From positions 1,488,001 to 1,552,000 of the forward strand of contig CM074820.1 of the NCBI GenBank assembly GCA_037447605.1: a DNA stretch of 64,000 nt, written 5' to 3'. The notes under the pieces are model-generated. The model saw nothing but the letters and a program-made list of their open reading frames with translations, was not told where the DNA came from and ran no database searches. The DNA is from Zygnema circumcarinatum SAG 698-1b (taxonomy: Eukaryota > Plantae > Zygnematophyceae). Below, one piece after another: positions 55,261 through 64,000 of this stretch (positions are counted from its first letter, which is position 1; each line of letters starts with the position of its first letter). The position numbers were made by a program, and so were the translations under genes.

Positions 55261-57860
55261 ATGGCATCCGGTGACGATGCGAGTCCTGGAGAGGTCCCCG
55301 GCAAGAGGAAGCGCGGGAGGCCGCCTGGGAAGAGCACAGGGGCCGCAGCGGCTAAGTCTCCCGTGAGTCCGGGAGAGGTGAAGAGAGGGCGGGGGAGGCC
55401 GCCCAAGGAGAGGCCTGCGACTGCAGGAGCAGCGCCTATAGCGGCAAGAGAGGCTCGGATGGAACGTGAGTACAATTTGCAACCTTTTGTTTGGGAGCGA
55501 GGGAGGGAGGAAGGGAGGAAGGGAGGTTAAATGCAGGGAAAGGGGGGGTGGGCGGGGGGGGGAGGGAGTGGAGGACGGGAGTAGGGGGAGGGAGAGAGCG
55601 AAATTGAGTTGGTGCTTAGGGTGAAAGGTTAGGGTTAGGGTTAGGGTTAGGGTTGGTGTGAAGACTAAAGTAGTAGATTAAATTAGTACTTAGTCAGTTA
55701 GGGTTAGGGTACGGATGGAAATTTGTATCCATTTTTTTTTTCCATTTTTTTCTTCCCTTCATGCGGGTGTAATTTTTGTGTTTTCTTGATAGATTCGAAG
55801 AAAGATTTTTGAGCTTGTCGCTGGGCTTGAAGATGGGCTTTTTTTTTCCTTCCTCTGTCAAGGTAGTACGTGCCTGCGATGGATGCTGAAATATTTTTTT
55901 TTTGATCATAACGTTTGTCAGTCACGTAGTTGGTTACTGCTGCTGGCTGCAGTTGATTTCAATGCGGTTGGGTTTTTTTTGTTTGTGGTAGAATTATCAA
56001 TGTATATTGATGCAATGTCATAATCAATTTTTTTTTATCTTTATCGGGGCTTCCCTGGAAAGGACGCTTTAAATGTAAGGACCGTTGTAATGCAAAGGCG
56101 TCCCTGCTTTGTGGAAAAGGAAGAAAAAGTCTTCGATTGAAACTTTTGCTGAAAGATTTGAAGCATGCCGAGAAATGTACAGCGATTTCAAGCGCGAGAA
56201 GTTATGTTGAAAAAAGGGAAAAGAACGATGCAGAAATGCTGAAGTATGTTTTCAACTGTTTTTGGCGGCTCATCATTGTACGTTATTGAGATGGCGTCGT
56301 CGCACTCTCTTTACGCCCTCTCTCTCTCTTCTTCCTCTCTCAGGCAGTCCTGTCGCCCTCTGCGCTCTCTCTCCCTCTGACCACTCTCCCTCCGTCCTCT
56401 CTCTCCCTCCTTCCTCTCTCCCCCTCCATCCGCACTCTTCCTTCGTCGTCGCTCTCTCCATCTCTCCACTCCCCCCCTCCCTTCACTCTCTCGCTCCCTC
56501 CTCTGTTCTCTCTCTCCCTTCATCCTTCCTCACATCTTGCGTCTGCTAAACACAGCGGAGGATCTTTCTAGTTCTAATGCAATAACACTAATAATATTTT
56601 CAATTTCTTTTTCGGATTTCCCGTGCAGCACGGAAGACGGCGATCCCGCATAGTATCAGCTCATCACTTTTTTTGGTGAATGTCGAACCAAACGAGGTAA
56701 AAAAATCCTTTCTTTTTCTTCAGAAACGTTGGTTTGGATTAGTTTCCTATTGGCTTCTTCTACTCTCGATTTCTCCATTTCTCTTCTTTTCCTTTCTTTT
56801 TCTTTCCTAAGGTTAACCTCCCGCATTTGATGATCCACGACTTCCTATAATTCACATATATGATGAAGCCTAGCATTATTATTATTATTTTTTTTTTTTT
56901 TTGCCTCAACAGTTTTTGAATACTTTCAAGCATCGTCGTCTACTTTAGGTCCGCGAAACTTGAACATTCAATCGCATATGTATGCCACACGTGTGAGCCT
57001 TCAAACTTCTTGTTGCTTGCAACTGTTCCATGTTGGAATGATGGATCATAATGGAATCAAACAAAAGGGAACGGAACGCAACGGAACCCAATGGAACGTA
57101 ACGAAACTGAACGGAAAACTGTTGCAGGATATAGCTGCTGCCATTCACAGCGCAGCGCAGAAGGAGGCTACGGGGGTCTACGTGCTCTCCGCAAGCGGAG
57201 CCATTTCAGAAGCGTCTTTGCGGGCCTCCCACAATGCCGTACAATGCAAGGTATGTATGAGATTGTGGCTACTGCCTTTGTTAACATAGACTCGACTTGT
57301 CATTGTTTTGGGAATTGTTTATGGTTCTCCCGTACTCTCCCTCCCTCCCTCCCTCCCGCCTTCCCTCCCTCTCCCTGACTTCCCTTCACCTCTCTCCTCC
57401 TTGCAGGGCCGCTTCGAAATCGTCTCCATGTCCGGCATCCTCCTCCCTCCCGAGGAAGGCTCCGGCCCGCACGAGGGGGCCCTCTCTGTCGGAATGAGCA
57501 GCGACGAAGGGAAGATGCTGGGAGGGGCGATTACCGGACCCCTCTTGGCAGCCACTCCATGCAAGGTCTCTCTCTTGCTCTCCCGCATTTTCCCTCCTTG
57601 TCTGTTTCTCCCTCCCCCTCCCTCTCCCACTCCCCCTCCCCNNNNNNNNNNCCCTCCCCCTCCCCCTCCCCCTCCCCGTGTGTGGGCACATAGTGTGCAT
57701 ACATGTGTATCGCATGCGTACATGTCGTATCTGACCTGTTGGAGCCTTGTTTGACTGCGGTTGAATGCAGGTGGTGTTGGGGAGGTTTCAAGAGAAGGGC
57801 TTTCTTCTAGCGAGTGCTGCGAGCGAAGTCGTCCGTACGGAGGCGGTTTTGGGCGCATGA
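55261..57860 (+). CDS. AHL: AT-hook motif nuclear-localized (AHL) protein: two AT-hooks plus PPC/DUF296 domain
   Basis: KRKRGRPPGK and KRGRGRPPKE in exon 1. Spliced LFLVNVEPNE|DIAAAI...VYVLSASGAISEASLR...|GRFEIVSMSG...GGAITGPLLAATP|VVLGRF, ending at TGA 57858-57860. Confidence 0.88.
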
Positions 57861-59644
57861 ACTCAACCCCTCCTTAAGTAGCGGCTGACTGACTGACTGA
57901 CCACATGTCGTCGTTTAGCTGTTCAGGATCTTTGGCATGAAAAATCAGTTTGCTTGTGGGACCGTACAGTCGTCTCCTTGTCCGTTCAACGGACATAGAA
58001 CACCTGAAGAGAGGTGGGGAAAATAGCCCGACGGCACATGCAGCAGTTTGTTTTTAGTTAGGGTTTGGGGGGGGGACGGGGTCCGTTCGCTTTGTATGAG
58101 GGAGGGTCTATGAACAAAGGAGGGGTGCTGTTCTATGTAAACTGCGTGAGGCCAAACTGGAGTCATAACTGATTGCCGTTCGTAGGTGGCCCACAGAACC
58201 AGTTCACAGTGAACGATGTTTGCTAGTATTTTTTTTTTTTTTTTTTTCTAAAATAAGACGGTTGGGTTTTCTTTTTCTAATCTGATTTTAGAAATATGAG
58301 GGCTTTTCCTTTGTTAGGACCCGTGTTTCATTCAACCGGTTCAATGGGTGGTTCAGCTTCATTTAACCGGTTGAAGCTCTCGTGCGGCCGCCTCCGTGAC
58401 CGCATCGCCGAGCGACTCGCGAATGGATGCCGTACGGAACCGCCCGTCGTACGGCCAGACTAAAACCGCCCGACGGGGCCGATTCCGGCGCCGAGCCACC
58501 GCCGGTTCGGTCGTCACCATCGTGGACTGCCACGTCACGCAGGAGAAGGATGGAGTGGGTACACGCGGACGCCTCAGATTCGTTCAATTGGAACTTGCGC
58601 GCCTACGTGGCAAGCCTGGTTCCGCCACGTGGAACCAAAGCGTCGCCACGTCGACACAAGAAAACAGAACACAGAAAAAATCGACAGAAGCAACAGCGCA
58701 AGTCCGCAGAGGCCTGCAATTTGTCGGACCATTGGATCAACCATTCGAATGGTTGCCCAACCATTGCCATTCCAATGGTTGCCCAACCATTGCCATTCCA
58801 ATGGTTGCCCATCCAATGGTCCGACCTGTGAAAGGCAGGGCAACAACGAGAGACCGCCACGTGGCAGCGGAGCGGGCGGCATAAGCAGGTATATATGTAC
58901 ACGCAGTTCCGTGTCGTTCCAATTGTATACAGTAAAGGTCACAGTTTACTCGATACATGTGCACAGTTAAACGGCCGTAAAAATATAAATGTAGCGAACT
59001 GAACGCTACAGATTTCACCAAGGCGAGCGCCATTGACATTGCGCCACGTGACATGATTTTTGACTCCATGGCGGGCAATCCAATCAAGCGGCGCGCGGCG
59101 GCCCCTCGTCGTCCGGAAACGAACGGTCCAAAATCCGCCGCCGCGGGGAGTCTGTAGGACTTCGGGCTGGCGCAATTTGTGCTGACTTGTCGTATTGTAC
59201 AATTCGTAAACCAATGCCGACATCCATCGACATCCACCGACATTTACCGACATCATCAGTGTACGGCGTCGCGTGAAAGATTCGACTGAAGATCTCCACC
59301 GACATACGAACAGAGCAGTACGTCATCAATGTTGTCTTCTAGCAGTCGCTAATTCCTTGAAAAAAGCCCCCCAAGAGCATCGCCTGCGGCCACGTGGCGT
59401 TACTTGCAACAAACGGTAGCAAGCGATCCCCAGAGATCCGACGGTTGACCAACCGCCAGCGGGGCAGAAATGGCCAGCCAGTTGCACGCCCTTTCTACAT
59501 GGCAAACTACGCTAGAGACAAAGAAGCCTCGGGCGGCACCGACATTCGCCTCCGCCGCCTCTGACGACCGTCCGTCTGTCTGCTCGTTCGTGCAAAATCG
59601 GTCCGCCCTCTACCCGTCTCCCTCCCCCTCCACAGCCGCCCGCC

Positions 59645-62600
59645 ATGGCCGCCGCCCTGCTGAGGCAGCCGCCATGGCTGCTGCCGCTGCTGCTGCTGGT
59701 GGTAGTGGTCCTTCTGGAAACCCTGCTGGGCCCTGCATCGGCGTATGGAATCCATGGCGTTGAAGGAGGTGAGGGAGCGCATGAGGACAAGACCAGTGCG
59801 GGCAGTAGTCGTTTTGTTGAACCAGTTTTTGCTTTGCCAAAATCCTTCTGCTTTCTGGGTGTTCTCGATCTGCTTAAAATATTAAAAAAAAATTACGCTC
59901 CTCCTCAACCAGTCTCCTCTCCCATCCTCCCCTTTCCTTCACCTCCTCCTCTCCGCGCAGAGCTGACAGAGAACGGCGACTTTGTCCAATCTCCTAACGC
60001 CACGTGGCACGTGACGGGACGCCACGTGGCGTTCCTGAACGACAGCAGCCGCTCTCTTCGCGGGCGCTCGGCCGCCTCCCGCTATGTGCTCCTGCCAGCA
60101 GGTTCGCATCACCTCATACGGGAATTCCCTCCCTCTCTCTCCCTCCCTCCCTCCCCTGCCTCCCTCCCTCCCTCCCTCCCTGTTCTTCCCTCCTCCCTCC
60201 CTCCCTCCTCCCTCCCTCCCTCCCTCTCCCCAAGCCCTCCTCCCTCCCTCCCTCCCTCCCTCCTCCCCTGTTTCTCCTCTCCTCCTCCCTTTCCTCCTCC
60301 TCCCTCTCCCTCCTCCTTCTTCCCTTCTTCCTTCCTTTCCTTCTCTCTCCTCCTCCTTCCTCCATCCCTCCTCACTTCCTCCTTCTCCTTCCTTCTCTTC
60401 CCTCTGTCTCTTCTCCTCCTCTCTTCTCCTCCTCCTCCTTCTCCCTCCTCTTCTCCTCTCTCTTCCTTCTTCCTCCTCCTCCTCCTCCATCCTCTTCTCC
60501 TCCTTCCTTCCTTTCCCCTTCTCCTTCCTTCCCTTCCTCTTTCCTTTCCTCCTTCCTTCTCCTCTTTCCTTCCTCCTCCTCCCTCTCCCTCCCGCTGAGT
60601 GCGAGTGGGCGGCCTGCAGTGCCCGGGCAGGCGGTGTGGCAGGCGGTGCGCACGACACGTGGCGCGGCCTACCGCGGGCGCGTGCGCGTGCAGTCGGCGG
60701 CGCTGGAGGGCGGCCCCGCGGAGCTGCTGCTCACCGTCGCGGACCGCCGCGAGGGGGCGCTGCTCGCGATGGACTTCTTCGCCGAGAGGCTGAGGTGTTC
60801 TCCGGTTCAGTCCGGTCCTGCCAGGGAGTGGGAGGCGTGACGGCGTGACGGCGGGGGGGTGCCACGTGGCGGGCGCAGACGCGGAGTGCGGGACGGAGCG
60901 GTCCTTCGAGTTCGGTGGCGCGGCAGTGACGTCGCGGCAGGGTTTCGCGGCTCCTCCCTCCCTCCGCGCGGCGGAGCGGAGGACGCGGGCAAGGGGCGGT
61001 TCGGCGCACCTCTCGCCGTGGCGGGCCTGCTCGGGTGAGGGGAGGGGAGGGGGGAGAGGGAGAGGGGGAGGGGGAGGGGGAGGGGGAGGGGAGGGGGAGG
61101 GGGAGGAGGGGGAGGGGGAGGGGGAGGGGGAGGGGGGAGGGGGAGGGGGAGGAGGGGAGGGGGAGGGGAGGGGAGGGGAGGGGGGAGGGGGAGGGGGAGG
61201 GGGAGGGGGGAGGGGGGGAGGGGGAGGGGAGGGGGAGGGGAGGGGGAGGGGGAGGGGGAGGGGGAGGGGGAGGGGAGGGGGGAGGGGGGGAGGGGGGAGG
61301 GGGAGGGGGGAGGGGGAGGGGGGAGGGGGGAGGGGGAGGGGGAGGGGGGAGGGGGAGGGGGGAGGGGGAGGGGAGGGGGGAGGGGGGAGGGGGGAGGGGG
61401 AGGGGGAGGGGGAGGAGGGGGTGGTGCAGGGAGGGGAGGGGAGGGGAGGGGGGAGGGGGAGGGGAGGGGGAGGGGGGAGGGGGAGGTGGAGGCAGGAGGG
61501 GGGGAGGGGGAGGGGGAGGAGGAGGGGAGGAGGGGGAGGGGGAGGGGGAGGGGAGGGGGAGGGAGGGGAGGGGAGGGGGAGGGGAGGGGGAGGAGGGGAG
61601 GGGGAGGGGGAGGGAGGGGAGGGGGAGGGGGAGGGGGAGGAGGGGAGGGGGAGGGGAGGGGGAGGGGGGAGGGGGAGGGGGGAGGGGGAGGAGGGGAGGG
61701 GGGGGGGGAGGGGGAGGGGGAGGGGAGGGGAGGGGGAGGGGGGGAGGGGGAGGGGGAGGGGAGGGGGAGGGGGGAGGGAGGGGAGGGGAGGGGGAGGGGA
61801 GGGGGAGGGGAGGGGAGGGGAGGGGGGAGGGGGAGGGGGAGGGAGTGGCGGGGAGGGGGAGGGGGGGAGGGGGGAGGGGGGAGGGGGGAGGGGGGAGGGG
61901 GAGGGGGAGGGGAGGGGGGAGGGGGGAGGGGGAGGGGGGAGGGGGAGGGGGGAGGGGGAGGGGGAAGGGGAAGGGGAGGGGGGATGGGGGGATGGGGGGA
62001 TGGGGGGATGGGGGATGGGGAGGGGGTTTTAGCACGCATTAAACTTGTTGTATTCTTAAACTGCCAGGGAGTGTGGCGTCGCCGCAAAACTCAAGGAGCC
62101 CCAATGTGGTCAACGTCATGTGAGTAGGCCTTCTTCAAACTAGCCACAAACGCACCAGTTTTTAGAATTATATTCAGCGCACGATGAATTGGAATGTAAA
62201 GAAACTGCAAACTCGAAACATGTAGGTAAAAGTCGAAACTATCTATTATAAACTCAGAAAGTACGTCTGTCACGTGGTAAATTGGTCCTCAAGTATGGTG
62301 TTTAAACCATGGTCTGCGGCCAATTATTGCTCCTGCGTACATAAGATAACACTTGTAGGAAGATGGGCTTGAGGAAGTGCCAACATGTGTCTGTGACTTT
62401 ACTTCGGTCTCCCTTCCATTCTCAGACATGGCTATCCTTCGGACCCAACTGCTGCCCCTCTCCCTCTCTTTCTCAGAACCATGCTTAGACCTGTTGACCA
62501 TCCTGAACCCTCTCTCCCGCCCCTACCCACCAGCCGTTCTTTCCAGGTCCCAAAGAGAAAGCTGCTCTCCCTCGCTTCTCCAACTTGGCGTCGTCCTCCT

Positions 62601-63759
62601 CCAACTTCACCCCCTCTTCAATATAAGATAATTCCTCTCTCCAGTAGCTTTCGTAGACCCCCCCCTGCAAAACCTCCTGTAGACCCCCCAAAACCTCCGT
62701 AGACCCCCTGCAAACCCCTTTCGTAGACCCCCTGCAAAACCCTCCGTAGACCCCTGCCAAACCCCCTTCTGTAGACCCCCTGTAAAACCCCTCCGTAGAC
62801 CCCCTGTAAAACCCCTCCGTAGACCCCCCCCTGCAAAACCCCTCCGTAGACCTCCCCCTAGGCGGCCTCCCCCCCGCAGCCCTCCCCCAAGGCGCCCTCC
62901 CCCACGAAGCCCTCCCCCTAGGCTGCCCCCCCCCAGTAGACCCCCCCCCGGGCGGCCCCCTCCCCGGAGCCCCCCCCCCAGCCCCCCTCCCCCTTCCCCC
63001 CCTTCCCCCCCTCCTGCTCCACCTCCCCCATTCGTCAAATTCCGGCCCTTCCCACCTGCTCCTCCCTTTGACAATAGTACCTTCGATGAGGCGATGGAGA
63101 TGCCCTCCCTCCTCAGCTCATATAATGCTGGCAACGTTGCCATCCGGGATTCCTGGGTAAAACTTACATTCAATGCTGATGGAGGTCAGCAATGCGATCT
63201 CTTAACCTTGAAAGCCTACTCCTGTTCTCTCTCTTCCTCTTTCTCTGTTACTCACCCTCTGCTTCTCTTTTCTTGCTCACGCTCTCGATTGATGTTGCCT
63301 GTGCAGGGGCACGCTGGCAGACAAAGACGTACACTTCAGGGCTCTTCCGGGCAGCCATCACTTGTCCTGCAGGAAATGCCTCCGGACTTCTCACAAGCTT
63401 CTTTGTCAGTAGCTCCTAACCACGTTGCTCTTTACTTTACTCGAGGCACGGACTATCCATATCTCAAACTTTCCCTCGAATGCTTCACCACTCATGCAAC
63501 TCCCATCCCTATTTGTTTAATCAAAGAACCGGCATTTACGAAATTGTGTCATGTGGAGTTCTATGTAACAGTTGGAGACACATCCCAGCGCAGAGAGCCC
63601 ATCTGGACTTGGCTTCGAATTTCCGGGACTCCATTCCAATTGGGTGTATGCAACATGGACTGTTGGAGGGGTGAAATCGAGTGCGCTTATGGGCCTCAGC
63701 TTTGACTGCTCCGTGGAAACTCACGTATTCAGCATTTACTGGACCCCCGAGTACTCTGC
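59645..63759 (+). CDS. Secreted modular cell-wall-type protein: signal peptide, CBM-like beta-sandwich, Pro-rich linker and EG16-like GH16 domain (continues beyond the last identified exon)
   Basis: Hydrophobic signal peptide; ELTENGDF...W and QAVRTTRGAAYRGRV resemble CBM4_9/DUF642-like modules; RRPPVKPL and SPPP repeats at 62650-63030; then FNADG|GARWQTK...CPAGNASGL...|...FEFPG...GLSFDCS...H.FSIYWTPE (exons 63307-63404, 63572-63759). Frame continuity through the homopolymer-rich repeat is not demonstrable. Confidence 0.65.
61035..62030 (+). repeat. About 1-kb almost pure G/A tract (GGGGA / GGGGGA units) in an intron
   Basis: Directly visible. It is flanked by a GG|GTGAGG donor at 61034/61035 and an acceptor at 62067. 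Confidence 0.9.
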
Positions 63760-64000
63760 GTGAGTGAAAGCTCAAACTTCAGAGCACTAAAGTCATTCAT
63801 AATGTGCTACAAATTTAGGATATCGTAATGTTTCAAGAATCTTGGTGTTCACACGGCCGATGCTGTGCTTTTAGTATTCAAGCTTTGAGGTTTGTAAGAT
63901 TCTTATGGAAGTGTCGGCGGGATCGACAGGATGCTGCAGATTTAGAGTTTGCAGGTTGCCAGTCATTTTCACGTTTTTCAAAGGATTGGAGTTTTTGAGG

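Noticed and set aside
55790-55862. AG...GT-bounded open segment IRRKIFELVAGLEDGLFFSFLCQ in AHL intron 1
   Set aside because: Exon 1 already joins the 56628 exon in phase, and this segment's phases do not fit that chain.
60838-60840. In-frame TGA read as selenocysteine
   Set aside because: No redox motif context and no SECIS identified. An intron or nonsense change explains it more simply.
60731-62127. Several 200-430 aa poly-Pro / poly-Gly ORFs on both strands
   Set aside because: Products of the stop-free G/A intron tract bounded by clear splice sites.

Overview
Eukaryotic nuclear DNA from a streptophyte plant, most likely a charophyte alga or other non-seed lineage. This is an inference from PnsB5, AHL, EG16-like and RIBA3-like genes together with a bacterial-type 3D-domain gene. 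It is gene-dense, intron-rich and full of long GA/CT low-complexity tracts, which generate most of the long ORFs in the supplied track. I reconstructed about 11 spliced protein genes by hand from GT/GC-AG sites and phase: KCR1, a Lines homologue, a 3D-domain protein, RIBA3-like, an orphan coiled-coil protein, POP5, a ZIFL-type MFS transporter, TAD2, PnsB5, AHL and a secreted Pro-rich EG16-like protein. There is also one tRNA-Leu(AAG), a young MULE transposon with 8-bp TSD (its 3' half duplicated across a gap), long-TIR MITEs, a pair of Tourist-like MITEs nested in an old MULE terminus, and several tandem repeats. N gaps: 29943-29952, 38328-38427, 42116-42125, 53978-53987, 57642-57651. The most interesting items are (i) an intron-containing 3D (MltA-like) domain gene, (ii) a secreted CBM-like/Pro-rich/EG16 fusion whose catalytic EIDFE motif reads GLGFE, and (iii) a RIBA with a dead DHBP-synthase half. 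All family assignments rest on motifs recalled from memory; no searches were run.
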